Shown here piece after piece: positions 15,980 through 25,820 of a stretch of DNA of 31,643 nt. The translations under genes were made by a program, and so were the position numbers. Position 1 is the stretch's first letter. Every line of letters begins with the position of its first letter. Below the pieces are notes generated by a model. The model was given only the letters and a program-made list of their open reading frames with translations. It had not been told where the DNA came from and searched no databases. Origin of the DNA: a virus (lineage: Duplodnaviria > Caudoviricetes). The stretch covers positions 1 through 31,643 of the IMG/VR virus record IMGVR_UViG_3300032050_000526; one strand, given 5' to 3'.

Positions 15980-17163
15980 TAACGCCTGCATACGCACCTA
16001 CCGCTACCGAGCGGGTTTTACCTCGGCTTGCGCTGGACTTTACGACTGGCGTGCTTGATCCTCGTGTGACTGTCACGCGGGCATTAAACACGGCTACCCG
16101 CGTCAACAGCAGCGGCCTGATTGAGACTGTCAACGCTAATTTGCCTCGTTTCGACTACGACCCCGCCACACTTGCGCCTAAAGGGTTGTTGATTGAAGAA
16201 ACACGCGCAAACTTGCTTTTGCATTCGTCCGGCGCAAACGAAAGTGCGTGGACAAAAGACGCAACCGGCACTGGTGTGGCCCCTGTCGTCACACCCAACT
16301 TCGCCGTTGCACCAGATGGCACTACGACTGCTGATCGCATTGAGTTTAACCGAGGCGCAGGCACTACTGTCAGTGATCTTAGTCGTGTTTTTCAGTTTAT
16401 TGGCGGAACCGATACGCGCACAGCCACGGTTTATTTAAAGAGCAACGACGCGAACACGTATTCGCTCCAGCTTCTGACTGGCTCCAATGTCCAGAATATA
16501 TCTGTAACACCGTCTTCATTTACGCGGTTTTCAGTATCTGGCGCTAGCGGGGCTAACTTTATGCTACGGCTGGCCGGGTCAGTCGGCGCGTCTACGACCG
16601 CGGATATTTTGTTTTGGGGCGCACAACTCGAAGCAGGAGCATTTGCGACCAGCTACATCCCAACGACCACGACCAGCCTGACGCGCAACTCTGACGTTGT
16701 ATCAATGACAGGGACAAATTTTAGCAGTTGGTACAACGCCAGCGAAGGGGCGTTTCTTGCTGAATACTCATCTAACGCTGCTACGGCCAGCACCTTTAGC
16801 AAAGCAGTAATATCTGTTAACGATACCACATTAAACAACCGACTTTATGTTAACATTAGCACAAGCGCCATCCCATTCGTGTTTATTAATTCCAGTGGTT
16901 CCTCGCAAGCCAACATAAGCACTGGGGTCACACTTACAAATGAGACCACAACCAAAACAGCTTTTGCGTACAAAGCGGACAGTTTTGTCGCGGCTACCAA
17001 TGGGGCCGCAGTTGGGACCGATAGCTTAGGGTTAGTTCCTGCTGTCAGTGCCCTTAATATTGGGCATCAAGTCGGGTTTGCTTCGCTGTTTGGTCACATG
17101 AAAAAATTATCGTATTGGCCCCAGCGTTTGATAAACAGCGAAACTCAATCATTTTCAAAATAG
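15976..17163 (+). CDS. Tail or head fibre with a lectin/LamG-like domain
   Basis: PRFDYDP...GLLIEE.R.NLL and WGAQLEAGAFATSYIPT motifs. Confidence 0.8.
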   Translation: MITPAYAPTATERVLPRLALDFTTGVLDPRVTVTRALNTATRVNSSGLIETVNANLPRFDYDPATLAPKGLLIEETRANLLLHSSGANESAWTKDATGTGVAPVVTPNFAVAPDGTTTADRIEFNRGAGTTVSDLSRVFQFIGGTDTRTATVYLKSNDANTYSLQLLTGSNVQNISVTPSSFTRFSVSGASGANFMLRLAGSVGASTTADILFWGAQLEAGAFATSYIPTTTTSLTRNSDVVSMTGTNFSSWYNASEGAFLAEYSSNAATASTFSKAVISVNDTTLNNRLYVNISTSAIPFVFINSSGSSQANISTGVTLTNETTTKTAFAYKADSFVAATNGAAVGTDSLGLVPAVSALNIGHQVGFASLFGHMKKLSYWPQRLINSETQSFSK

Positions 17164-17172
17164 GTGTCCGCC

Positions 17173-18909
17173 ATGTCTTTGACCAAAGCAACATACTCAA
17201 TGATAGAAGGCGCGCCGGTAAATGTACTGGATTATGGCGCGGTTGGCGACAACACAGCGGACGATACTGCGGCCATTCAAGCCGCGATCACCGCCGCGAA
17301 CGCCAATAACGCAAGCGTCTATATTCCTGCGGGGATTTACAAAGTAAGTTCGTCGATTTCGTGTTATGGTAATTCAAAAATATATGGTGATGGGCGAGGA
17401 TCGAGGATTAACCCTATCATCAGCGACGGTACTGCTGTTTTTGTCTACCCAGCAAATGCGCAGTTTTTTTCGGTTGAAGATTTGCAAATTGCGTCGAGCG
17501 TTGTTTTCAACACATATATAGCTGGCGGCGCGGCGCAAAATTGCACCGCAATTAAGCACACTACTTACGCCAACCGATTTTACTACAAAAACATCATTAT
17601 CTATGGCGTTGCTGTAGGCTTGGACATTTCTGGGTTTATCGGCACATTAGACAACGTGCATGTTAACTGCTGTGATGTTGGTTTAGTCGGAACCAATCTA
17701 AACTCTTCAGATATTAATCTGAGGGCGGAAAACAATAAAAAGGCTTTTAGCCTTACCGGAAGTTACGGGGTATTTTTTCGCCAACTTCTCGACGAAGGGG
17801 GACACGTATCACCTCTTGCGGCCACAATAGATGGTTGCGGGGGAGTTCATTTTGCTTCGCCTTACTGGGAGCAGGTAGTTAGCGCTCCTCGCGCAACACC
17901 TTACTTATCCATTGGTGCTACAACGGCGTGTCAAAGCATACGTATCACTGGAATGAATTTGGTTGATTACGTTACCGCAGGCACAGCTATGCTTTCTGCA
18001 GATGACGTTGACGGGCTATTTGTGGAAGGCCATGTTTCGCGTGGCGTCAACGGTGGCCCAACGGTATTGACCACAAGCAATACAACTAATGTTCGCCAGA
18101 ACGTATGGTCTAATGGAGCGTTAAACGCTTCACCTTGGTTGACTGAAGGTAGCAAGCAAGAAGGCGCTTGCTTCAACTATTTTCCTAACCGCAATTTTGA
18201 TATGTGGTTCCGTGGCTGGAACAACGTAACTCCGAACCGCAGCACTTTTGCCCAAGAAACAACGTTGGTGCGAAAAGGTGCTAATGCGGTTAAAATTACC
18301 GCTACGGCAGGCCAAAACTTTAATGTTTTGACTTGGACGCTAGTTGGAAGCGCAGTTACGTCACTGCGCGGCAAACGCATCGTTATGGGCGCTTGGGTTT
18401 ATGTTCCGGATATTTCCGAATTTACCGACGTTTTTGCGTCCCGTACAAAGTTTCCGTCAATCACACTAGATAGCTTTAACGGCTCTGCGACCGTAAGTAG
18501 CGACAGCCGCAACAACCGTTTTTCAGTTGGGGAATGGCAGTTTATGTGGACTGAAGTAACAGTTCAGGTAGACGCAACTCAGATTTTCCTAAACACTTAC
18601 GTAAACCAAAGTTCAAATGTAGCCAACGGCAACGAATATATCGTTGTTGACAGCATTGTCCTAGCCGAAGCTAATACACCTTTTGAGCGCTTGATGAACG
18701 ACGATCTTCCAGACAGCGCTATGATTGCAACGATTGGCGTTAACGGAAAAATGATTAGTTCGACTTCGGGCGTCCCTAGCGACGCTGACCAAACATATGA
18801 GATTGGCGACCGCGCGTATAATCAATCGCCGGCTGTTGGTCAGCCAAAGTCGTGGGTATGTACAGTGGCCGGATCGCCCGGCACTTGGACCAGCGAAGGC
18901 AACCTTTAA
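17173..18909 (+). CDS. Tailspike / depolymerase 2 (short anchor, beta helix, CBM-like domain)
   Basis: MSLTKATYSMI start, NVLDYGAVGD...DDTAAIQAAI motif and a terminal WVCTVAGSPGTW; low GC. Confidence 0.85.
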   Translation: MSLTKATYSMIEGAPVNVLDYGAVGDNTADDTAAIQAAITAANANNASVYIPAGIYKVSSSISCYGNSKIYGDGRGSRINPIISDGTAVFVYPANAQFFSVEDLQIASSVVFNTYIAGGAAQNCTAIKHTTYANRFYYKNIIIYGVAVGLDISGFIGTLDNVHVNCCDVGLVGTNLNSSDINLRAENNKKAFSLTGSYGVFFRQLLDEGGHVSPLAATIDGCGGVHFASPYWEQVVSAPRATPYLSIGATTACQSIRITGMNLVDYVTAGTAMLSADDVDGLFVEGHVSRGVNGGPTVLTTSNTTNVRQNVWSNGALNASPWLTEGSKQEGACFNYFPNRNFDMWFRGWNNVTPNRSTFAQETTLVRKGANAVKITATAGQNFNVLTWTLVGSAVTSLRGKRIVMGAWVYVPDISEFTDVFASRTKFPSITLDSFNGSATVSSDSRNNRFSVGEWQFMWTEVTVQVDATQIFLNTYVNQSSNVANGNEYIVVDSIVLAEANTPFERLMNDDLPDSAMIATIGVNGKMISSTSGVPSDADQTYEIGDRAYNQSPAVGQPKSWVCTVAGSPGTWTSEGNL

Positions 18910-18914
18910 CGAGA

Positions 18915-18943
18915 TTGCCAGCCTGCAACAAATGTTGTAGACT
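18915..18943 (+). promoter_or_regulatory. Sigma70-type promoter for scaffold/coat, overlapped by an inverted repeat
   Basis: TTGCCA-17 nt-TAGACT in the intergenic gap. Confidence 0.7.
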
Positions 18944-18997
18944 GGCCTGTAACCGTACTGATGCGGAACATCAGGTGACTGGAAAGGTCAAAACCAA

Positions 18998-19789
18998 ATG
19001 AGCGATGATGCTCCTGAACTAGCGGAAGTGCCCGCGCCAGAACTCGAAGCCACGGCAGCAGTCGAGCCTGTAGAAAACGAAACGCCGGAAACGCCTGCCG
19101 AGCAGGAAGCCTCCAAGACTTTCACTCAGGAAGAACTGGACGCAATTGTCGGTAAGCGGCTTGCAAGAGAGCAGCGCAAGTGGGAACGAGAGCAGGCTCA
19201 ACGGCTTGCGGATATGGAAGCCCGCCAGAAGCCAGCCGCTTCTGCGGACATCAGTCCCGAGCAGTTCGAGACTTACGACCAATACGCAGAGGCTTTGGCC
19301 GAACGTAAGGCGGAAGAATTGCTGAACCAGCGGGAAGCCGCACGGCAACAGCAAGCCTTGCTTGAACAGTACCACGACCGTGAAGAGGCAACGCGGGACC
19401 GTTACGACGACTTCGACCAAGTCGCGTACAACCCCAACCTGCCCGTCACGGAATACATGGCGCAGAGCATCCAAGCCTCGGATGTTGGCCCCGATGTCCT
19501 TTACTGGCTCGGCTCCAACCCCAAGGAAGCGGACCGCATCGCCAGATTGCACCCGATCTTGCAGGCAAAGGAAATCGGAAAGATTGAGGCTTCATTGTCC
19601 TCAAATCCGCCGGTTAGAAAAACTTCAACCGCCCCGGCACCGATTGCTCCTGTTACGCCACGCGCTTCTAGCGCACCCGCATACGACACCACCGACCCTC
19701 GTTCGACCAAGTCAATGAGCACGTCGGAATGGATCGAAGCGGAACGGCTACGGCAGATCAAGAAGTACGAGGCACAACGTAACCGCTAA
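18998..19789 (+). CDS. Scaffolding protein
   Basis: Directly upstream of the coat gene; acidic N-terminus, KTFTQEELDAIVGKRLARE, coiled coil and a C-terminal MSTSEWIEAER helix. Confidence 0.85.
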   Translation: MSDDAPELAEVPAPELEATAAVEPVENETPETPAEQEASKTFTQEELDAIVGKRLAREQRKWEREQAQRLADMEARQKPAASADISPEQFETYDQYAEALAERKAEELLNQREAARQQQALLEQYHDREEATRDRYDDFDQVAYNPNLPVTEYMAQSIQASDVGPDVLYWLGSNPKEADRIARLHPILQAKEIGKIEASLSSNPPVRKTSTAPAPIAPVTPRASSAPAYDTTDPRSTKSMSTSEWIEAERLRQIKKYEAQRNR

Positions 19790-19804
19790 TTTGGGAATAC
19801 CACC

Positions 19805-21013
19805 ATGTCCAACAGCATTCTTACTATCGACATGATCACGCGGAAGGCTCTCGAAATCCTTGAGAACAACCTCGTGCTCACCCGCAACGTCAACCGCCAG
19901 TACGACGACAGCTTTGCCGTCGAAGGCGCCAAGATCGGTTCGACCCTGCGCATCCGTCTGCCTGACCGTGCGCTCGTCACCGACGGTGCTGCCCTTCAGG
20001 TGCAGGACGACAACGAGCAGTTCACCACGCTGACCGTTGCCAACCAGAAGCACATTGGCGTGAACTTCACCACCGCCGAAATGACCATGCAGCTTGACGA
20101 CTTTGCCGAGCGCGTGCTCAAGCCGCGTATCTCGCAGCTTGCTGCCAGCATTGACGCGGACGTTGCCAACGCTTTCTCGACCATCGGCAACTCGGTCGGC
20201 ACCCCCGGCACCACGCCGGCCACTTCGCTGGTTCTGCTTCAGGCCCAGCAGAAGCTGAACGAAAACGCCGCCGTGATGTCGCCGCGCTATGCCACCGTCA
20301 ACCCGGCCGCCAACGCCGGTCTGGTCGAAGGCATGAAGGGACTGTTTAACCCGACCGACACCGTCAGCCGTCAGTTCAAAAACGGCCTGATGGGTACCGG
20401 CGTGCTTGGTTTCGAAGAAATCAACATGTCGCAGTCGATCAAGCAGTTCACCTGCGGCACCCGCGACGCCACCGGCGGTTCGACCTCGGCGGCTGTCACG
20501 GTCGAAGGCGCGACCACCATCGCCATCACCGGCGCTGGTAGCGGCGACACCGTCAAGGCCGGCGACGTGTTCACCGTCGCTGACTGCTACGCTGTCAACC
20601 CGCAGACCCGTGAGTCGACTGGTTCGCTGTTCCAGTTCGTCGCACTATCGAACGTCACGCTGGGCGGCTCGGGCGAAGGCAACATCACCGTCGCTCCGAT
20701 GTATTCGGCCGGTCACGCCCTCGCCACCGTTTCGTCGCTGCCGGGCAACGGCAAGGCCGTGGTGTTCGTCGGTGCTTCGGGCGGTCAGTACGCGCAGAAC
20801 CTCGTGTACCACAAGGACGCGATCACCTTCGCCACCGCCGACCTCCTGCTGCCGCAGGGCGTCGATATGGCGTCGCGTCAGGTGCACAACGGCATCTCGC
20901 TCCGCGTTGTTCGTCAGTACGACATCAACAACGACCGTATGCCCTGCCGTATTGACGTTCTGTATGGCTACAGCACCATTCGTCCGCAGATGGCTTGCCG
21001 TCTCTGGGGCTAA
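19805..21013 (+). CDS. Major capsid protein, P22 gp5-like
   Basis: 402 aa with KIGSTLRIRLP, YHKDAITFATADL and RIDVLYG motifs; strongly biased codon usage. Confidence 0.93.
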   Translation: MSNSILTIDMITRKALEILENNLVLTRNVNRQYDDSFAVEGAKIGSTLRIRLPDRALVTDGAALQVQDDNEQFTTLTVANQKHIGVNFTTAEMTMQLDDFAERVLKPRISQLAASIDADVANAFSTIGNSVGTPGTTPATSLVLLQAQQKLNENAAVMSPRYATVNPAANAGLVEGMKGLFNPTDTVSRQFKNGLMGTGVLGFEEINMSQSIKQFTCGTRDATGGSTSAAVTVEGATTIAITGAGSGDTVKAGDVFTVADCYAVNPQTRESTGSLFQFVALSNVTLGGSGEGNITVAPMYSAGHALATVSSLPGNGKAVVFVGASGGQYAQNLVYHKDAITFATADLLLPQGVDMASRQVHNGISLRVVRQYDINNDRMPCRIDVLYGYSTIRPQMACRLWG

Positions 21014-21022
21014 CCTAACACC

Positions 21023-21044
21023 GCCCCCGGTTTCGGCCGGGGGC
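21023..21044 (+). terminator. Hairpin after the coat gene (weak U-tract)
   Basis: GCCCCCGGT-TTCG-GCCGGGGGC. Confidence 0.55.
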
Positions 21045-21066
21045 AAATTCTTATAGGAGATTTATA

Positions 21067-21474
21067 ATGGCTCTTCCTAATGGTGCTGGTGGCTACCAGC
21101 TTGGCGACGGCAACCTGAACGAAGCCGTCCTCGGCGTGCAGTCGATTCCGGCCACTCTGACCGGCGACACTACCCTGTCCGGCGCTCAGATGGCTGTCGG
21201 CCTTGTTGTTTGCAAGAAGGCCAGCGACGCAACCCTGACCGTTACGACCGCTACGGGCGCGCAGCTTGACGCTGCTATCCCGTCGGCCAAGGTGGGTTCG
21301 TCGTTTGACCTGACCATCTGCAACGACAACAACTCGGGTACGTCTTCGACTGTTCCGGTTACGGCCGGTACGGGCATCACCGTCTACGGTTCGGTGACGG
21401 TGCCGCGTTTTGGCGCTCATACCTATAAAATCGTCAAGACCGGCGACGCGACTTGGTCGGCGTTCCTGAAGTAA
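21067..21474 (+). CDS. Putative capsid decoration protein
   Basis: AGGAG RBS; Thr/Gly-rich beta protein directly after the coat gene. Confidence 0.65.
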   Translation: MALPNGAGGYQLGDGNLNEAVLGVQSIPATLTGDTTLSGAQMAVGLVVCKKASDATLTVTTATGAQLDAAIPSAKVGSSFDLTICNDNNSGTSSTVPVTAGTGITVYGSVTVPRFGAHTYKIVKTGDATWSAFLK

Positions 21475-21481
21475 TCGACTT

Positions 21482-21505
21482 GGCCCCGGCTTAACCGCCG
21501 GGGCC
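21482..21505 (+). terminator. Intergenic hairpin
   Basis: GGCCCCGGC-ttaacc-GCCGGGGCC. Confidence 0.5.
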
Positions 21506-21524
21506 TAACTCTACGGAGACTGTC

Positions 21525-21818
21525 ATGCCAAACACCAAGCCTATCGGTGTCGCTTACGAGGACCAGTACCTCGATGGTGCCACCATCGCCAACCCGGTCT
21601 ATCCGGCCAAGGGCGCGGCGCTGACCACTCAGCTTACGTCGATCACTTCGACTGCTCCGGGCACCCCGGACTACGCGATCCAAGACCTCATCAATTCGAG
21701 TGCTTGGGGTTTTGCGACTAAGGACGAAGGCAACACTGTTCTGTCGGTTATCGCTAACCTTCAGACCCGCGTTGCACAGCTTGAGAGCCGCCTTACGGCG
21801 CTCGGGCTTATCGCCTAA
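21525..21818 (+). CDS. Putative head fibre or decoration protein
   Basis: GGAG RBS; C-terminal coiled coil ending L.ALGLIA. Confidence 0.65.
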   Translation: MPNTKPIGVAYEDQYLDGATIANPVYPAKGAALTTQLTSITSTAPGTPDYAIQDLINSSAWGFATKDEGNTVLSVIANLQTRVAQLESRLTALGLIA

Positions 21819-21822
21819 AAAC

Positions 21823-21849
21823 ATGGGCGGCCTTCGGGCCGCCCATTTG
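21823..21849 (+). terminator. Intrinsic terminator with a cUUCGg loop
   Basis: ATGGGCGGCC-TTCG-GGCCGCCCAT-TTG. Confidence 0.65.
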
Positions 21850-21858
21850 CGAGGTTGT

Positions 21859-22074
21859 ATGGCTATTATCTACATGGTTCATGCGGTGCACGGCGCTAAG
21901 GTCGCGATTGACGAGGCCGAAGCGATTTATGATGAAATGCACGGCTGGGAACGCTATAACCCTGAAACGCCTTCCGTGGCGGCATACGATGGCGACGACG
22001 AGGAAGACGAAGTCGTGAACGTACTGGCGGCCCCCAAGCGCCGTGGACGCCCGCGCATCAAGCAGGAAGACTGA
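21859..22074 (+). CDS. Hypothetical protein with an acidic stretch and KRRGRPR (AT-hook-like) tail
   Basis: GAGGT RBS before the ATG at 21859. Confidence 0.7.
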   Translation: MAIIYMVHAVHGAKVAIDEAEAIYDEMHGWERYNPETPSVAAYDGDDEEDEVVNVLAAPKRRGRPRIKQED

Positions 22075-22076
22075 CA

Positions 22077-22787
22077 ATGGCATCGGCCGGCGACATCATC
22101 AACGGTTCGCTCAGGCTTCTTGGCGTTCTGGCCGAAGGTGAAGTGCCTTCGGCCGAAACGTCTCAAGACGCGCTGAACGCCATGAACCAAATGCTGGATA
22201 GCTGGAATACGGAACGTCTGTCCGTGTTCGCAACGCAGGATCAGGTGTTTATCTGGCCGGCCGGTCAGCTTCGCCGCACGCTTGGCCCTTCTGGCAACTT
22301 CGTCGGCAACCGCCCCGTGCTGCTCGACGACAGTACCTATTTCCGCGATCCGGGCACCGGTGTCAGCTACGGCATCAAGTTTATCAACCAGCAACAGTAC
22401 AACGGCATCGCGGTTAAAACCGTGACCTCGACGTACCCGCAGGTTATCTTCGTCAACGAGACGTTTCCTGACGTGGAAATGTTCATCTATCCGCGCCCGA
22501 CGCGTGACCTAGAGTGGCATTTCGTTTCGGTTGAAGAACTGACCCGACCGGCGACGTTGGCCACCCAACTTCATTTCCCGCCGGGCTATCTGCGGGCGTT
22601 CCGTTACAATCTGGCCTGCGAAATGGCTCCGGAGTTCGGCACGGAGCCGTCATCTCAAGTGCGCCGCATTGCGATGGCCAGCAAGCGCAACCTCAAGCGC
22701 ATCAACAACCCGAACGACATCATGTCGATGCCGTATAGCATTGTGGCGACTAGGCAGCGGTTCAACGTTTACGCAGGGAACTACTGA
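22077..22787 (+). CDS. Head-to-tail adaptor, P22 gp4-like
   Basis: SLRLLGVLAEGE...AL.AMN.MLDSW and YNLACEMAPEFG motifs; gene order. Confidence 0.8.
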   Translation: MASAGDIINGSLRLLGVLAEGEVPSAETSQDALNAMNQMLDSWNTERLSVFATQDQVFIWPAGQLRRTLGPSGNFVGNRPVLLDDSTYFRDPGTGVSYGIKFINQQQYNGIAVKTVTSTYPQVIFVNETFPDVEMFIYPRPTRDLEWHFVSVEELTRPATLATQLHFPPGYLRAFRYNLACEMAPEFGTEPSSQVRRIAMASKRNLKRINNPNDIMSMPYSIVATRQRFNVYAGNY

Positions 22788-24217
22788 TGAAAACGCCGAT
22801 CCTCGGGGCGGCGTATGTCGCTCGCAGCGTCAACGCTGCTGACAACAGAATGATTAACATTTATCCCGAGGTTGTCCCCGAAGGCGGCAAAGAGCCTGCC
22901 TTTCTTCAGCGCGCGCCCGGCCTAACCGCGCTGGCTACGGTCGGCATTGGCCCGATCCGCGGCATGTGGACGTTCGGCAATTACGGCTACGTTGTGTCGG
23001 GGCCAACGCTGTTCCAAATCGACAGCAATTGGAACGCGGTCGCTAAGGGCACTGTGGCTGGCACCGGCTCGGTCAGCATGGCCGACAACGGCATTCAGTT
23101 GTTTATCGCGGCCAACCCGCAAGGCTACATCTACAACGCCAACACTGGCGTTTTCCAGCAGATTACCGATCCGGACTTCCCGGGTGCGACAACGGTCGGC
23201 TATATCGACGGCTATTTCACGTTCAACGAACCCAACAGCCAAAAGATTTGGGTGACGCAGTTGCTGGACGGCACCAGCGTTGACCCGCTGGAATTTGCCA
23301 GCGCCGAAGGCAACCCGGACGATGTCGTGGCGGTGTTCGTTGACCACCGCGAAGTGTGGGTGTTCGGCACTAACTCGACCGAAGTCTGGTACGACGCCGG
23401 TCTGCTGGACTTCCCGCTGACCCGCATCCAAGGCGCGTACAACGAACTGGGCTGCGCAGCGCCGTACTCCATCGCCAAGATGGACAATCAGATTTACTGG
23501 CTCGGCAAGGACGCCCGCGGGCAAGGCATGGTTTACCGGGCCGCCGGCTATATTGGCCAGCGCGTCTCGACGCACGCTATCGAGTGGCAGCTACAAGAAT
23601 ACGCCAACATCGAAGACGCGGTCGGCTACACCTATCAGCAGGACGGCCACAGCTTCTATGTGCTGAACTTCCCCAGCGCCAACACGACGTGGGTATTCGA
23701 CGTGGCGACCGGCGCATGGCACGAACGCGCCTCGTTTGCGGCCGGGCAGTTTAACCGCCATCGCGGAAATAGCCAGATGTTTTTCAACAGCACAAACGTC
23801 ATCGGCGACTACCAGAACGGCAAAATCTACAAGTTCGACCTTGAGGTCTACTCGGATGATGGCCAGCCGCAGAAATGGCTGCGCTCGTGGCGCGCGCTGC
23901 CGACCGGCGCTAACAATCTGGCCCGCACGATCCAGCACTCGATGCAGCTTGACTGCGAGACAGGCGTTGGTCTGAACGTCGGGCAGGGCAGCAACCCGCA
24001 GGTCATGCTGCGCTGGTCAGACGACGGCGGCCATACGTGGTCAAACGAACACTGGAAGTCGATGGGCCAGATCGGCCGCTACGGCTACCGTACCATCTGG
24101 CGGCGGCTAGGCGCGACGATGAAAATCCGCGACCGCGTTTACGAGGTGTCAGGCACCGACCCGGTGCGTATCTACATCATGGGCGCTGAACTGCTCCTTA
24201 GCGGGACGCGGGCCTGA
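22787..24217 (+). CDS. Packaged-DNA stabilisation / tail hub protein, P22 gp10-like
   Basis: 476 aa with FASAEGNPD, TYQQDGHSFYVLNFP and LRWSDDGGHTWS motifs. Confidence 0.9.
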   Translation: MKTPILGAAYVARSVNAADNRMINIYPEVVPEGGKEPAFLQRAPGLTALATVGIGPIRGMWTFGNYGYVVSGPTLFQIDSNWNAVAKGTVAGTGSVSMADNGIQLFIAANPQGYIYNANTGVFQQITDPDFPGATTVGYIDGYFTFNEPNSQKIWVTQLLDGTSVDPLEFASAEGNPDDVVAVFVDHREVWVFGTNSTEVWYDAGLLDFPLTRIQGAYNELGCAAPYSIAKMDNQIYWLGKDARGQGMVYRAAGYIGQRVSTHAIEWQLQEYANIEDAVGYTYQQDGHSFYVLNFPSANTTWVFDVATGAWHERASFAAGQFNRHRGNSQMFFNSTNVIGDYQNGKIYKFDLEVYSDDGQPQKWLRSWRALPTGANNLARTIQHSMQLDCETGVGLNVGQGSNPQVMLRWSDDGGHTWSNEHWKSMGQIGRYGYRTIWRRLGATMKIRDRVYEVSGTDPVRIYIMGAELLLSGTRA

Positions 24218-25062
24218 TGACCGCACCGATCAACCCCACACAGCTTACGCCGCCGCGCGTCGCCTTGATCGACGAGCGCAGCGGGGCGATTAGCCGTGAG
24301 TGGTATCGGTTCTTCCTGTCGCTGCTGACCGCAACGCAAACTAATCAAGACGAAACGGTTCTAGCCCCCGACACGGCGTCGCTGCTGGCCTCTTATGATG
24401 CCGTGTTCGGCGAAGCTATTCAGGGGCTGGAAAGCGCACCTGATTGCTGCACGGCTACGGCCGACGTAGACGCCAAGGTCAACAGTCTGGCACAAGCTGT
24501 CGGCGCCGAACCGCGCGCGGCCAGCGAAACCGACATCGCGGTTATTCAGTCGCAGCTTCAAGCGCTGGCGCTGTCACCGCCAGCCCGCGAGTACCGCACC
24601 CCGCGCTACGGCTCTTTTTATGATACGACCGATCAGACGGCCGCCGTCATCAACACGGCCTACCCGATTACGTTTAACACGACCGATTTATCATTCGGCG
24701 TGACCAGAGGCGTTACCACCTCACATATTTCCGTTGACCGCCCCAACATCTACAACGTTCAGTTTTCCGCGCAGTTTATTAATGCCGGCGGGAGCCCGCA
24801 CCGCGCTTGGATTTGGCTGCGCAAAAACGGCTTTAATGTTCCTGAAAGCGCCGGCGTGATTCGCCTTGAAGGCAATAACACGGAACTTGTCGTGTCGTGG
24901 AATTATCTGATACAACTGAACGCCGGCGACTATATTGAACTGATGTGGGAAGTGGACGACCTTGGTGTCAGCCTGCACGCCGATCCGGCGACGGGTGTCC
25001 ACCCCGCGGTGCCGTCGGTTATCCTCACGGTGAGCGATAACATTAGTTCCATGGAGGTATAA
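24217..25062 (+). CDS. Putative tail needle/plug protein (gp26 position)
   Basis: SREWYRFF N-terminus, helical middle section and a C1q-like knob (LNAGDYIELMW). Confidence 0.6.
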   Translation: MTAPINPTQLTPPRVALIDERSGAISREWYRFFLSLLTATQTNQDETVLAPDTASLLASYDAVFGEAIQGLESAPDCCTATADVDAKVNSLAQAVGAEPRAASETDIAVIQSQLQALALSPPAREYRTPRYGSFYDTTDQTAAVINTAYPITFNTTDLSFGVTRGVTTSHISVDRPNIYNVQFSAQFINAGGSPHRAWIWLRKNGFNVPESAGVIRLEGNNTELVVSWNYLIQLNAGDYIELMWEVDDLGVSLHADPATGVHPAVPSVILTVSDNISSMEV

Positions 25063-25398
25063 ATGGCCGTTACCATCAGCAACATCATCCCGGCCAAGAC
25101 CGCGGAGAACAGCCAGACGACGCAATACACGTCGAATGGCGTCCAGACGATTATCGACAAGTTTACGGCAACCAATTACAGCGCCAACGCAGCGACGATC
25201 AGCGTCAACTTGATCACGGCCGCCGGCAGCGCGACGAATGATAACCTGATCGTCAAGACCAAGACGCTCCAGCCGTCCGAGACATATACGTTCCCCGAAC
25301 TGGTCGGGCATGTGCTGCCGGTCAACGGGTTCATCTCGACCATCGCCGGCACGGCTTCGGCCATCAATATCCGCGCCTCGGGCCGACTGGTCAGCTAA
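25063..25398 (+). CDS. Hypothetical virion protein
   Basis: GGAGG RBS; 111-aa beta-rich protein. Confidence 0.7.
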   Translation: MAVTISNIIPAKTAENSQTTQYTSNGVQTIIDKFTATNYSANAATISVNLITAAGSATNDNLIVKTKTLQPSETYTFPELVGHVLPVNGFISTIAGTASAINIRASGRLVS

Positions 25399-25820
25399 TG
25401 CGGCTGGCGCGCACTCACGACGCGGACGCCGTCAACCGGGTAGTCAATCACCCTGACGTGCGACCGTTTGTGGGAGCGCCGGAAGCCGGCGAACTGGACC
25501 TGTCGGCGATTGTCGAACGGCCAGAGCACTGGTTCCTGCTTGGCGAACATGGCGGCTTTGGGCTGCTATGGACTGCGCCGCGCACGTATGAAGTCCACAC
25601 CTTCATCCTGCGCAGCGGCCGCGGCGAATGGGGCAACGCCGCCCGCGCTGAAGGCATCGACTTCGCGCGCCGGCACGGCGCCAAGGCACTTTGGACCAAG
25701 ATACCGCCGCGGTCGCCGCACGTCGAACGCTTTGCCCGTCAAGGGGGTATGCAGCCGACCGGAGAAGTGATAGAAACATTCGGTGTTCCGCACCGCATAT
25801 TCAGGATGGAGTTAGACTGA
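25398..25820 (+). CDS. GNAT-fold protein (P22 gp14 / DUF2824-like)
   Basis: YEVHTFIL..GRG.W and FARQGGM motifs; lies just before the ejection genes. Confidence 0.7.
   Translation: MRLARTHDADAVNRVVNHPDVRPFVGAPEAGELDLSAIVERPEHWFLLGEHGGFGLLWTAPRTYEVHTFILRSGRGEWGNAARAEGIDFARRHGAKALWTKIPPRSPHVERFARQGGMQPTGEVIETFGVPHRIFRMELD

Noticed and set aside
18958-18990. CTGATG...GAAA upstream of the scaffold gene as a hammerhead
   Set aside because: The core reads CUGAUGC rather than CUGAUGA and is paired in its own hairpin.
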